Source: Vicugna vicugna (taxonomy: Eukaryota). From it: a stretch of DNA of 64,000 nt. The translations under genes were made by a program, and so were the position numbers. Positions 1 through 12,589 of this stretch are shown piece after piece. Under the pieces are notes generated by a model. It was not told the origin of the DNA, searched no databases, and worked only from the letters and a program-made list of their open reading frames with translations. Position 1 is the stretch's first letter. Each line of letters begins with the position of its first letter. Location of the stretch: positions 1,462,616 to 1,526,615 of the forward strand of contig MU058584.1 in the NCBI GenBank assembly GCA_013265495.1. Reading direction: 5' to 3'.

Positions 1-715
1 AGTGAGAGTTGACAGAGCAGATTGAGAGTGGTTTGGAGCCGGGTGGTTGTAACACAGGAGGATGATGAAGTCAGATTCTAAATGTGTCTGCAGATCAAAC
101 CAACAGCATTTGCTGGCAGATTAAATGAGTCTAAACTTTCAGGGCTAAGCAATTAGAGGACTGAAGTTGCCACGCACTGAGGATGAAAGTTTGCTGCGGG
201 AATTCAAGGATTTCTTTGTGGACATGCTAAAGAGAGCTATCCAGTAGGCAAGTGGGTGTAGGAGTCTGGATTTCAAGGGAACGTTCAGGAGGAAGGCACG
301 TATTTGGAAATTACTGGCATATATTGCTGGCATTGGAAGCCATGAGCCCAAATTAAACCACCTAGGGAGACAGAGAAGAAGGGAGGTCTGGGAACTGAGC
401 CTCCAGAGGTTGGAGAAATAGGAGGAAAGAAGCCGAGAAGACAGAGAATGAATAGCCAGGCAGAGAGAAAAAAGACTGAGAATGAAGAAAGTGCTTCAAG
501 TGGGAGGAAATGATCAATCGTGTCAAGTGCCACTGATGGGATGAGTAAGATGAAAACTGAGAAATGCGTGTTGCTTTAGCAGCTCCATTGGTGACCTTGT
601 CAGGAGCTATTTCAGTGAAGCGTTGGGTTAAAAGACTGATTGGCATGTATTAAAGTGAGACTAGAAGAACCGGAGACAGTGAAAACACAAACCTCTTTGG
701 AGAAATGTTGCTTTA
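1..715 (-). mobile_element. LINE-2 fragment, left part, interrupted by an L1
   Basis: Purine-rich L2-like motifs (ggtgaccttgtcaggagctatttcagtg; gagaaatgttgcttt). The L2-like sequence resumes at ~1585. Confidence 0.8.
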
Positions 716-1575
716 AAAAAGAGCAAATATACATGAAAAAATTCTCAATGTTGCTAACTGTTAGAGGAATGCAAATCAAGCCTGCATTGAGGTATCACCT
801 CACACCAGTCAGAATGGCTAAAATTCAAAAGTCTACAAACGATAAATGCTGGAGAGGGTGTGGAGAAAAGGGAACCCTCCTACACTGTTGCTGGGAATGC
901 AATTTGGTGCAGCCGCTATGAAAAACAGTATGGGGATTCCTTAAAAAACTGGAAATAAACTTATCCTCTAATCCAGCAACCCTACCCCAGGGCATATGTC
1001 CGGAGGAAACTCTAGTTTGAAAAGATACATGCACCCCTGTTTCCACAGCAACGCTATTTACAATAGCTAAAACGTGGAAACAACCTAAATGTCCATCGAC
1101 AGATGACTGGATAAAGAAGTTGTGGTTTGTAGATACAATGGAATATTACTCAGCCATAAAAACAAATGAAATAATGTCACTTTCAGCAACATGGATGGAC
1201 CTGGAGATTGCCCTACTAAGTGAAGTAAGCCAGAAAAGGAACGAAAAATACCATATGATATCACTTATATGTGGAATCTAAAAAAATGAGACAAATGCAC
1301 TTATTTACAAAACAGAAACAGACTCACAGACATAGAAAACAGACTTGTGGTTACCAGCGGGGATAAGGGGGTGGAGGGATAAATTGGGAGTGGGATTTGC
1401 AGATACTGACAAGTTCCTACTGTGTAGCACAGGGAACTATATTCAGTTCCTTGTAATAACCTATCATAAAATAGAATATGAAAAAGATAGATAGATACGT
1501 TTAACTGAATTACTACGCTGTGCACCAGAAATTAACACAACATTGTAAAACAACTATACTTCAATCAAAAATAAT
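716..1575 (+). mobile_element. 5'-truncated LINE-1 (ORF2 C-terminus plus 3' UTR), camelid/artiodactyl type
   Basis: ORF 640-921 contains [35 protein letters not shown], the L1 ORF2p cysteine-rich tail. It is followed by a typical 3' UTR ending acaacattgtaaaacaactatacttcaatcaaaa. Confidence 0.95.
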
Positions 1576-1584
1576 TAGAATGAA

Positions 1585-2760
1585 AAAGGGGAAATAAATG
1601 GAGTAATACCTAGAGAGAGAGATATGTGTTCAAGAAAAAAATATTTTTTAAGGTTGAGAGATATAATAGCATGTCTATATGCTATTAGGAATTATCCAGA
1701 ATAGAGGAAACTTTGATGATGCAGAAGACAGGAGAGGTGTTGCTAGAGCGTCGTCCCTGAGTAGGCAAGGGAGGAAGGGACCTGCTGCACAAGCCATGCG
1801 GTGGGGTTTGGATGTGACCATGGTCAGCTCATCCACCTCAGCAAAAAGGAAAGCAGAGCATATGCGCGCAGGTATGGACAGTTTCATTAAACGCAATAGT
1901 GGAAGAGTGTGGGCATTCTATTCTACTTGCTCTTGCTTCTTTTGCTAATCTATAATTAAATCAGATGTAAGGTCATTGGCTAAGAAGGGGAATGAGGAAG
2001 GAGGAATTAAGAGGTTTGAGGGCAGAAGAGAAGGCATGAGATATTCATGAGAAAAGAGGAAGAGGAAAGATAGCAGGATTGCTGAGTTCACCTGAAGCCA
2101 GTAGTCATGAATTTTAAAGTGAGATCAGAGAGGATGGTTGTAGGTGTCTTCCTGGGTAAATGTGGGCGGAGGGTAGGTAGAGAGCTACATATAAATAGAT
2201 CTGGGATTTTTTCAAACTAAGTGTGTGAGAGAGAGAGAAAGAGAAAGACAGTGGAGATGAGTGTGTATGCAATGATAGGATTTAAAAAATAATGGGTGAC
2301 AGAATTTAATCTAGGTGTTGGTGGGGGGACGCAAGAACATGACAGGGAGGGAAGGACAATGAAAAGGAGGTATGGCCTTTGGATTTTATGTCCAGTGGAA
2401 TAACTGATCCTTAAAATCAGATTCAAAGGGATGTGAGATGGAAAAATAAAAGGTGGGAGATAGTAACCAAGAGGTCTGGAGATGACTGTAACGGAGGCTT
2501 AGCGGCTGGCACACACTGATGGCAAACATTTCCACACTGGGGAGTGCAGAGGGCAGAGGGAGCTGCAGTGGTCTGGAACTGGGAGCAGCGAGAGGAGCAA
2601 GAAGGACATCTATCCCAAATGCTGGTATGGGGGGAGCTGTGGGGGGAAGAGAAACCTCTGCATATAGGAGGGGGTTACAGGGGGAGTCTTGTCCTCAGGG
2701 GAGCATTAGGTTAGGTGTAAGTTAGAGCAAGAAGAGGAGGATATTTTGAGAACAGACTGG
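1585..2760 (-). mobile_element. LINE-2 fragments, continuation of 1-715
   Basis: gagatataatagcatgtctatatgct..atccag..agagg and later purine-rich L2 body motifs; right boundary uncertain. Confidence 0.65.
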
Positions 2761-3524
2761 GAATAGAAGAAAGTCTGATGATGAAGGATCCAAAGCTCCA
2801 GGGGACCCAAAAGAAAGGTATGAGGCCATAGGCAGGATTTGGAGATGCAGGGATGTCCAGAGTAGTATGGGCACTGGGAGAAGGGTACTGGATGTGGTGA
2901 ATGACATGAGGATCTTGCCTTGGCTTCCAGAAACAGTAATAAACAGTTCATCCTGCCGGCCTCTACGAGAAGTGGTGGTGGTGAGGCTCTGGGTCTTCGT
3001 CTGGAGTCGGGACAGGAAAGAAAGGTAGGCTCCTGCCAAGATCTTACGGAACGTGGAGCCCTCATCTTCACTCCATTCGTATGTCCCATAACCTAAGACG
3101 CGAGGGACTGCGTGGTGTGCAGAGAACCACTGCTGTGAGCTCTCGCGGTCCTCCACCCCAGGGCGTTCTAACGACCTTGCTCATCATTGCTCAAAAGTAG
3201 GAGCCAATATTGCCACTGTGGCGTCTGGGAGGTGAGGGAATTGCAGGAGCTGGCAGTGAGGGGAAGATAGAGTTAACGACCAGAGAAGTGTGTAAATGGG
3301 CCCTTCTGGTGGCAATGGGCACTTCTGGAGGGCAGCAGAAACAGCGGTAGATGTTTAGCAGGGAGTAACAGTCACAGGTGCCACCAAGAAGTGTAGGACG
3401 CTCAGGACTAAGGAGTAAGGATAATAAAACAGCATGGTTCCTTGGAGACAAACACCATTGCAATGAGGTCGACACCCAACCCTAGTTATCTCCAAGGTTG
3501 GTGTGACCTGGAGAAAAATGGTTA

Positions 3525-3688
3525 TAAATATATGTATATACAAATACGTGTGTATTTGTATATACACACACACACACTAGTGTGTATACAGGGTATATGC
3601 ATATATATTATTTATATATACCACGTATATTCATATACATTATATATATTCATATACGTATTCACATATATGTGTATGTATATGTGAA
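3525..3688. repeat. Degenerate (TA)n/(CA)n/(TATG)n microsatellite
   Basis: Alternating purine-pyrimidine tract, directly visible. Confidence 0.9.
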
Positions 3689-4879
3689 TATTCCATGAGA
3701 GAAAAAATGACGGTAGAATATTTTCTGGAGACTAATTCCGTGACTTGGTAAAAATAACGTGTTTCACTTCTGTGTGTCTAAGAGTATGTATCATTGTAAC
3801 ACTTGCACATTGCAAATGCCTACCTCTTATCAGGGGACGAGACATTTCTATGATTTGTCTGCCTTTTTCTGCCTTTTCCAAGATATACAGCTGGCCCCCA
3901 GGAGAGTGGTCAGTGTCCCTGCGAGCCCTTTAGCCTGAGCTGCACTGTCTCCACCAAGCTGTCATATTCATTCATCTTCAGACTCCCTCCCGCTGCACCG
4001 CACTCACCCCTACGCCCACCCCCTCGATCGCTAAAATGGCAATACAGGGCGGCTGTGGAGCCCCGTTACTTCACCAGCAACACAGGGAACATTCTTCTCC
4101 CTGATCAAATGAGATTCGGTTACATGTCATGGGAAACCAGCATCAGCAGCTTGTGTCATTTAATAAAACCGAAAGTTACAATGTCCTGAATAGTTCCCTT
4201 AGAAGCTATTTTAAGTGGACGGCCCTTCCCCAGAAGGCCCCGTGAGTGCAGAATAACAGAAGTTAATTTTAGCAAGCACTTTTTAACCTACATTTGGGGA
4301 CAAAAACGCCGGGAAACCTATTATATAATTGAAGTAAAAAGAAACCCTCTGAGTGTGACAAAAAATTGTCTGTCTCAAGTTACTGCAAATGGAAAAATGA
4401 TATACCGAAGAGCCTGGTATTTCAGAAGTCCAATAGTGAGAAACTTTATTGCTGAGAAGGCAAATGAGGGCACCTGGATGTGAAAGAACACTTGACACTC
4501 CGGGCAGCAAGGAACGTTCCTATCGGCTGCTCGCTGTCCCAGGTTGCATTAAGCCTTCCATCGGAAACAGTATTTTCATACTGACATGTGAAGGTCCAAA
4601 TCCTAATTTGTTCATCTGTCAGAACCCCTAAGAGTCCTAGACTTGCATTAGCTCTTAGCGCATTACCAACTAGAGGGATCCAGCGTAAGGGGATCAAAAT
4701 GTTCCTGTACCTTCCGTACCTCATTCAGTGTTCAAGCTCATTATCTTCAGTGGATACCTGACCCCATTCATTCTCCGGCACTACCACTTTGTGTCACCCA
4801 CCATTTGTCCCCTGCCTCCTGTCTCCTTCTCAGACCTCAGGTGGCTTTTTCAGCACAGACACGCGAGCTTCACCGCAGA

Positions 4880-5045
4880 GTGCCAGCTTGCTCACCCATG
4901 AGTTGGGTAACCTTAGCCAGGTTACAAGAACTCTCTAAAACCCTTTCTCACTTACAAATGGGTTAAAAATATTAAGTTTGCATTGTTGTTGAGTAAATCG
5001 AGTTAGGGGAAAAAAGTATTTTGTAAATTATGATATGTTATACAA
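4880..5045 (+). mobile_element. MIR fragment
   Basis: gggtaaccttagccaggttacaagaactctct..tttctcacttacaaatggg resembles the MIR core. Confidence 0.6.
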
Positions 5046-5574
5046 ATATACATCAATTTTCTTTCTGAATGTGATCTTTTGACTTTAAAAACCTACACAA
5101 CCAAATTCTGACCTTGGTCTACTCTCTGCTTGAACTTAGTAACCAGTTTCTTCCTTGATGAAAATGAATTTCCCTGGCAGATCTTGGTCTCTTACCCCAC
5201 TTCCTGGAGCTACACTGGACATAGCTTCCATTCCTTGATTGTCTCAGCTCAAGGAATGGGACCTTGAAGTCCCAAGGTCCACTTCCCTGAAATGCTCTGT
5301 AAGGGTCACTAACATTGTGTGTCCTTCTAAAAAGATTGCATGACACTAGCTACCCCTGCTATGTAGGAAAGCCAAGATTAAAAAGTGATATAAAAATGTC
5401 TCGCAATTTATCTTATGAGCTGTCATATTATTTCATTGGAAATCCACCAGAACCTTTGAGATAGGAAATATTCCAGGTTTTTCAATGAAAAAACGGAAAT
5501 GTATAGAAGTTAAAGGAGTTGCTCACAGGCTATCTTTTCATGACACTGTTGCTTGAGTCAGGAAATCTAGGGTT

Positions 5575-6010
5575 TATTCATCAGGTTTTAGCAGGTGCCA
5601 GAAGGAACATACAAGTTAGGTCACTGAAGAAGTTTTAATACATGGATTATTTACAAAGAGCTGGGCAAGGTTTAGGGAAACCAACAAGGGATGATACAAT
5701 ATCCCAGGCGAAATAACAAAAGGAGTTATTACCACTTTTAGACAGGAAGGGCCAGAGAGAAGCCTGCTGCAGGAACCTAGGGAGAGAGTTATATGGGAAG
5801 TCTGTCTACTGAACACAGTCTTGCAGGGAAATAAGCAGAGAAGTCAATCAGCATCCTCATTTTCCATTGTCTGCCTTCCTCCTCCATCTCTTGCTGTTGA
5901 CACTATTGCCTGAACACAACTGGAAGCCAGAAGCCAAGGGCTCAGAACAGGCTAGAGATGAATGGGAAGAGGATCTGGAGGTATGAAATGAAATGAAAGA
6001 CACAGAGAGA
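5575..6010 (-). mobile_element. Old ERVL/MaLR-type LTR (LTR33/MLT1-like)
   Basis: tatttacaaagagctgggcaaggtttagggaaaccaacaagggatg and ggaagccagaagccaagggctc motifs. Confidence 0.6.
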
Positions 6011-6074
6011 GAAAATGATCACACTTGCCCTGGAACCCAGATACCACACCAGTTTCTCTCTGTGTCTCTTTCTG

Positions 6075-7422
6075 TCTTTCTAACTTTTTATTTTCAAACA
6101 GTTTTAGATTTACAGAAAAAAATTTGCTAAGGTAGTACAGAAACTTCCCACACACTCAGATTCCCCTATTATTTCTTATCTTATTGCGATATGATAAATT
6201 TTTGCAACTAATAAATCAATCTTGATACATTGTTATTAACTAAAGGTCACACTTTATTTACATTTCTTTGGGTTTCATCTAATGTTCTTTGGTCTAGTAC
6301 CTCATCCGGGATACCACATTGCATTTAGTAGTCATGTCTCCTTGGATTCCTCTCGGTTATGATCATTGCCCATGCAGAATCTCTAAGCCCATTGTCTGCC
6401 ATCCATTTACTTAATTGTTCAACTCCAGTATGCTTGTGCAATGGTTTCAGAATTTTAGCCCATACTCCCACGGGAAACTTTATCAACTACAGTACAGTGT
6501 TTCTGTACAGCTCATTTGCCTTTAGTATTACAGGCTCCATTCATTTCCAAAATTAGTTAGATCAGCACATCCCCCACCCCCACCCCCACCACTCCATTCA
6601 GTGAGGTTATTTCATACATTTGTGAGACAGTTAAATTGTCACATTCAGCATTGCATCCTAGGATCCTCCAACCTCCTAAAAACTATGGCATACACCAAAG
6701 CTTATCTTTCATGTGTTAAATTCTATGGGTTTTGACAAATGCACACTGTCATATGTCTACCATTAAAGTAGTCACAAATATAGTTGCACTGCTCTTAAAA
6801 TACTCTGTATGCTTCCCATATTTAAGTTCCCATCCCTCAGATTCCTGGAAATCACTGATTTGTTTACCATGTCTTCTGATTGGCTTGATTTTCATTTTCT
6901 CAAATCTTTTTCATAGAGCTAAAAAAAAATTTAATAAAGACCAACATAGGATTATTTTCATTTTCTTTCATGGATCATGCATTTGGTGTAGTGCTTAAAA
7001 TCTTCTCAACAAACCTAAAGTCATATAGATTTTTCACTATGGTTTCTTCTATAATTCTTACAGTTTTACGTTTTATATTTAGGTCTGTGATCCATTTTAT
7101 TTTTATTTTTATTTTTATTTTTATTTTTATTTTTTGGTGGGGGAGGTAATTAGGTTTGTTTACTTATTTAATTTTTTAAATAGAGGTACTGAGGATTGAA
7201 CCCAGGACCCTGTGCATCCTAAGCACACACTCTACCACTGAGCTATATCCTTTCCCCTCTATGATCCATTTTAAATTAATTTTTGTGTATGGAATAAATT
7301 TTGTGTCTAAGTTAATTTTTTTGTGTGGGCTTATGGACATCCTATTGTCCCAGCACCATTTGTTGAAAAGATTATCCTTTATCCATTGAATTGCCTTTGT
7401 ACTTTTGTCAAAAATCAATTGA
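6075..7422 (-). mobile_element. Old L1M element(s), 3' UTR plus ORF2 fragment, containing a SINE insertion
   Basis: cagttttagatttacagaaaa 3' end and cccagcaccatttgttgaaaaga motif; ORF 7176-7469 includes LIFDK..KAIQW.KDNLFNKWCW (L1 ORF2). Confidence 0.88.
7100..7257 (-). mobile_element. tRNA-derived SINE, Vic-1 (camelid) type, with 16-bp target-site duplication
   Basis: Reverse complement GGGGAAAGGATATAGCTCAGTGGTAGAG..GGTTCAATCC has Pol III A and B boxes and an (AAAAAT)n tail. TSD tctgtgatccatttta (7084-7099) vs tctatgatccatttta (7258-7273). Confidence 0.92.
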
Positions 7423-8660
7423 TTTAGAACAAATTCAGCAAGTTGCAGGATATGAAATTTAACACTCAAAAATCAGTTGTATTTCTATACAATAATAATG
7501 AATAATCAAAAAAGGAAGTTAAGAAAACAATTCCATTTACAAGAACAATAAAGAGAATAAACTACTTAGAATAAACTTAACCAAGAAGGTGAAAGTCACA
7601 CTGAAAACTGAAAATCACCACTGAAAGAAATTGATGCAAATAAATGGAAAGACATGCTCATGAATTGGATGACTTAATATTGTTAAGATGAAAATACGAC
7701 CCTAAGCCATCTATAGACTCAATGCAATCACTATCAAAATCCCAATGTTGTTTAGCAGGAATAGGAAAATTCATCCTAAAATTCATATGGGATACCAAGG
7801 AGCCTCAAACAGTTAAAAACAATCTTGAAAAAGAAGAATAAAGTTGAAGGACTTATATTTTCTGATTAAAAACTTACTACAAATCTACGATTATCAAAAC
7901 AATGTGATATTGGCATAAAGAAAGACAGACATAGAGACCAATGGGATAAAGTAGAATGCCCAGAATTAAACCCTCACACTTAGAGTCAAATGATTATTGA
8001 CAAGGGTGCCAAGACCATTTAATGGGGAAGAGAGAGAGTCTTTACAGCAAATGGTGCTCAGAAAACTAGATATCCATAGGGTAAAGAATAAAGTTGGACC
8101 CTTACCTTGCCCCACATACAAAAAATCAACCCCAAATGGATACAAACCTAAACAACGCAATTAAAACTACAAAACTCTTAGAAGATAATGCAAGGGAAAG
8201 GCTGCAGAGCATTGGATTTGACAGCTGTTTCTTGGATATGACACCAAAAGCATATGCAGCAAAAGAAAAAAAGATACATTGAATTTCATCAGAGTTAAAT
8301 ATTTTGGTGGTGTGCTTTGTGTTGTGCAAAAGCAACCACCAGAATGCAAGGCAATATTTGCAAATCATATATTTTAAAAGGAATTAATATTCATAATATA
8401 TAAAGAACTCTTACAAATCAACAAAAACAAAACGCAAACAACCAGATTAAAAAAAAGTGAGCAAGGAGCTAAAGACACATTTCTTTAAAGGATACATACA
8501 AATAGCCAATAGGAACATGGAAAGATGCTCAATATCACTGCTCATTAGGAAAATGCAAGTCAAAACCACAATGAGATTCCATTTCATGCCGATTAGTATA
8601 GCTATTATTTTTTTTAAAGTAAATAATGTGTTGCTAAGAATATGGAGAAATTGGAAGAAA
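7423..8660 (+). mobile_element. Degenerate L1M ORF2 fragment
   Basis: aaattcagcaagttgcaggata..aaaaatcagttgtatttctata motif; ORFs with DPYLAPHTK and KMQVKTTMRFHFMP; many stops and frameshifts. Confidence 0.92.
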
Positions 8661-10057
8661 AAAAGAGTGTGTTTAGTTGAACTTCTATATTCTATCAGCT
8701 TTGTGAAATGATATATCTCTTAATTTTTTGATATCAGTCACCATAAGGCTACTGAAACATATCCCTTTTGAAATTAAAACCATGCCATTTCCCACCAGAA
8801 ACAAAGATGACTGATAAAGTAATTTGTTTGCCAATGTTACTTTTTTCAGACAACTGGACTGGTTGATTTTCTGTGACCGTACAGAGTGACCATTTGCAGG
8901 TCGATGGTTAAGGTCTATTGATCCAATTTCTTCAATCCAATTCAGACATCATGTTGTCTGGAATAAATGGCCCATGTCTGGATAGTTTAGTAGTTATGAC
9001 AAGCATATCAAATTAATCGTTCAGCAATAAATCCTTTGCTATGCAAGCCGTTCCCAACTTAGAAATGGGTGTGGTTCCAAAAGTTTATTCTAAACTAATT
9101 GTTTAAAACTTCAAATGTATAGTCAATAAAATACTAAAGAAGCTTGAAAACATGAATTAAGTTTTCTAACCAGGCTGTTATACACACACACAAAACTTGA
9201 TTAACCCATGTCTTGAGTTCTGGTACTGGAGACAAAATATATATTTTGAGTTGTGATCTGGTAATTGAAGAAAGTGTGCATTCTTCCATGTCTCAGTTAC
9301 AAATGCTAGCTGTTGTGAGAAACAAACACTAAAACATATAATTACTCAAATGTGATATAAATTTATTTCTCCTTGATAAAGTCTCCTTGATAAAGTTTCT
9401 GACTGGCCCTTCGGCAAGCAGTGATTTAGATGAGTTCCCTGTCCTCTCCTTCTTAAATGTTTCCAGTTTCCAACATCTGGCTTTCAAGGTCACTGAGTTA
9501 ATCTGCCTGAAGCTGGGGGGATGGGAAAAGTGCATGTGAATGGTGTCCAGTCTGAGGAAAGAGGACACAGGGAAAGTGAGTGCTAAGGGTGGCACACAAC
9601 CCCAGTCCCAGTAAGCAGCTGAGGTGGAAATAACAGAACACGCTGGGTTCAGTCTTATCTGATCAGCCAGCAGCGTTCATCTCTCAGTCTCTCTCTGCTT
9701 CTTGAAAATACTTTCTTGGTCTTCACATCACACGACTCTCTGGTTTTCTTCTGCTTTGCTTTCCTTTTTGCCTTCATGTGCTGTTTCTCCTTAAGGCTGT
9801 GTTCTAGGCCTTCCTCACTGTTGACTCTTTATTTATCATTGGATGATGACTTCCACAACCCCGTGTTCAGTTATCACTTGTGCTCAGATGATTCACAAAT
9901 GTATACCTCCAGCCCAGAGCGCCCCCCGTAGGACCTTATTTATAAAGCTTCCTGCTTAGTGTCTCCTCTTGGAAGTCTTGAAGGCCCTTTAAACTCAACA
10001 TTCCCCTAGAAACCTCACTTTCCACACTTGTACTTTGTTACCAAACCTGGTGGATTC

Positions 10058-10160
10058 TTTTTTTTTTTTTAACATTTTTTATTGATTTATAATCATTTTA
10101 CAATGTTGTGTCCAATTCCAGCGTAGAGCACAATTTTTCAGTTATACATGAACATATATC
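10058..10160 (-). mobile_element. Short young L1 3' end with poly(A)
   Basis: poly(T) followed by aacattttttattgatttataatcattttacaatgttgtg; flanking direct repeat gtggattc (10050-10057, 10163-10170). Confidence 0.88.
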
Positions 10161-10184
10161 CAGTGGATTCTACTGACTAGAGCT

Positions 10185-10355
10185 TGGCTACTCAAAGTGT
10201 GTTCCGAGGACCAGAAGTTGCCTTTGTGTGAGGCTGGTTAGGACGGTGAGTTCTAGGTCTATCTGCAAGGGCCGCTGCAGACCTACTGAATCAGAACCTA
10301 CATTTTGTCAAGATCCCCAGTTGATCCGTATGCACTTTAAAGTGTAAGTGCAATA
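10185..10355. mobile_element. MER5A-type hAT-Charlie DNA transposon
   Basis: ctactcaaagtgtg..cagacctactgaatcagaacctacatttt..aagatccccag. Confidence 0.85.
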
Positions 10356-10588
10356 GAAGCCTCTCAGACCTATCCATCGGACTGCATCTTTACTTTCAGC
10401 CCCTTGGTAACGGCTGCTTCCCACCGGGACGACAGAAGCAGCTTCCTGACCCGACGGCCCTCGTGTGTTCTTAGCCCCTTTGTATTAATTTTCTGTCCAG
10501 AAGCCAATGTGTTCATTACCAAAACACAAATAAGATGGTATCACACCTTTCAAAAATGCTATATCTTAAGATAAAGACCCGAATCTCC

Positions 10589-10680
10589 TCATGTATAACT
10601 GAAAAATTGTGCTCTTCACTGGAATTTGACACAACATTGTAAAATGATTATAACTCAATAAAAAATGTTAAAAAAAAAAA
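10589..10680 (+). mobile_element. Short young L1 3' end with poly(A) and TSD
   Basis: catgtataactgaaaaattgtg..caataaaaaatgtt(A)n; TSD aaagacccgaatctcc (10573-10588) vs aaagaccaaaatctcc (10678-10693). Confidence 0.9.
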
Positions 10681-10955
10681 GACCAAAATCTCCAATTGAT
10701 TACCAGGGCTTCCAAGAATCTGTACCCTGGCAACCACTTAATCTCCATTTCCTGTCACTCAAAAGTCCCAAGGATCTTTCCAGCACTGCGCATGATGTTC
10801 TGTGCGGTTCCCTCTTTCCTTTCATCATAATTGAAGTGAACTTATTTTTCAGACCTCAGTTCAGAATTCCCTGACATTCTAGGTCAGGTTAGGCTCCTTT
10901 GTTACATATTCTTATGTACTTTTTCTTCATAGTCTTTTCTTCCTCAACCCCATTC

Positions 10956-11027
10956 CATATATATATGAAATATTTATATATATTTAAGTATTATATCTAT
11001 TTAGTATATATTTATAAACATATTTAA

Positions 11028-11056
<29 letters not shown>
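10956..11056. repeat. AT-rich tract followed by a (TG)n microsatellite
   Basis: Directly visible. Confidence 0.9.
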
Positions 11057-11058
<2 letters not shown>

Positions 11059-12029
11059 CTTTTCTTAGTTTCAGATTATACATTGATTTGTGAATTGTTT
11101 GGCCCACATCCATCTCACCACTTCTGGCCTCCACACCCACTCCTGGCACCATCCATGTAATGTGAACAATTGCTTGATTCTCCATTGTGTCCCCAGAGCT
11201 GGGAACACTGTATGTGCTCAACACCTACCTACTGATGAAATGAAATAAACAAGATCCCAGTGAGCTTAGGTGGGAAATCTATAGCTCCATGCCAGGCGGG
11301 TATTTATGGTTCTTTTTAATTGCTAGAGCTGCAGCCACAGAGTTGCAGAATCTGGGCTTTGCAGAGTCCGGGCTGGCTTCCCATTACTGCTAGTGGCTGA
11401 GAAAGACACGCAGCTATTCGGTCCTTCACCCAGACAGGTGGAGTCAACCCTGAGAGGTGGGGACAGGCTCTATAAAGAAGGGGCCATCTAATGACAGTCC
11501 TGAAGCAAGTGCAGTCTGAACTAGGGGAGATGTCTTAATCACAAGTGTGCGGGAATTGGAGGGGGAAAATCTTCCATCGGAACTGAGTATCCAACACATT
11601 GTGAAGTAGGTTATCCTGCATTGGTGAGATGACTGGACCGTGAATGGCCCTTCAAGCTCTAAGGCTTTCGCTTAAGTCAGTTAATCACATTGTAATTGTG
11701 AGTGCCACGTGAAACGTTAGTGAGAAAACCAAGAATGTTAAGACTGGTTTTACTTTCCTCTTAAAAAATGAAGCCATTGCCTCGCTGTAAGTCTACAGTC
11801 TCACTGTTTTCTTGGATGTTAGTGGTCGATGAGTTTACGTTTAAGAGGGCTAATACTAATTGCTGAGACACAGTATTTGAGTTGATCCTGGTCAAATGAA
11901 TGGTAGCAATTTATCTGAAAAAAATTCAGATCGTAAACCCATGCTAACGAGAACAAGATGACATTTTTTGGCGAGTCACCTAAATCAGCTGTTTACATTA
12001 GTTAAATGAGTTAGATAATCACTTTCTCA

Positions 12030-12170
12030 GTCAACAAACGTTTATTGAGCATTTACTCTGTGACAGGAGCTGTGCCAGGCACTGTCAATACAGGGTGCTT
12101 AAGGCAAGATCAGTCCTTTTCTTCACAGAGCTTACAGTATCGTGGGAGGGACTGACAATGAATGAGTAAC
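12030..12170 (-). mobile_element. LINE-2 3' end
   Basis: caacaaacgtttattgagcatttactctgtg..gtgccaggcactg..gagcttacagt. Confidence 0.8.
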
Positions 12171-12224
12171 ATGAAGTCACGAGCTGTTGCTCTGCCATCG
12201 TCTCCCATTGCAGGCTTAACTTTA

Positions 12225-12585
12225 GTTCTTGATTAGCTCACTAGCGTTGCCATAACACAAGTTTATTTCCTTACAGTTCTGGAGGCTAGAAGTCCAAGCT
12301 CAAAGTGTAGGCAGGATTGGTTTCTTCTGAAGGCCTCCCTCCTTGGCTTGTAGACCGCCATGTTCTCCATGAGTTTCTACTTGGTCTTACCTCCATGTCT
12401 GTGCCTTAATCTCTGCTTTTAAAAGAACTTCTTCATATTGGATCAGAGCCACCTTAATGCCTCCATTCACCTTAATTACCTCTTTAAGGACTTTACCTCC
12501 AAACATAGTCACATCCTCAGGTATTGGGTTTTAGGACTTCAACGTATGAATCTGAGAGAGTTGGGGCACAATTTAGACCATAACA
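12225..12585 (-). mobile_element. MLT1 (MaLR) solo LTR, MLT1A/B-like
   Basis: cagttctggaggctagaagtccaag..ttaattacctctttaagg..ccataaca. Confidence 0.9.
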
Positions 12586-12589
12586 GTGC

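Larger units (their letters stand above)
9680..11250 (+). mobile_element. LINE-2 3' region broken by two L1 tails, a MER5 element and a microsatellite
   Basis: gatgattcacaaatgtatacctccagccc; aaactcaacattccc; ends with ctccattgtgtccccagagctgggaacactgtatgtgctcaa..gaaatgaaataaa. Confidence 0.75.

Noticed and set aside
640..921. 93-aa ORF with a Cys-rich motif as a host gene
   Set aside because: It is the C-terminus of L1 ORF2p in a truncated L1.
7100..7257. tRNA gene
   Set aside because: The tRNA-like head is followed by an unrelated body, an A-rich tail and a TSD, so it is a SINE.
6075..8660. Twin-primed L1 at the 7422 strand switch
   Set aside because: The two halves overlap extensively in ORF2 content, unlike the 31945-33121 case.
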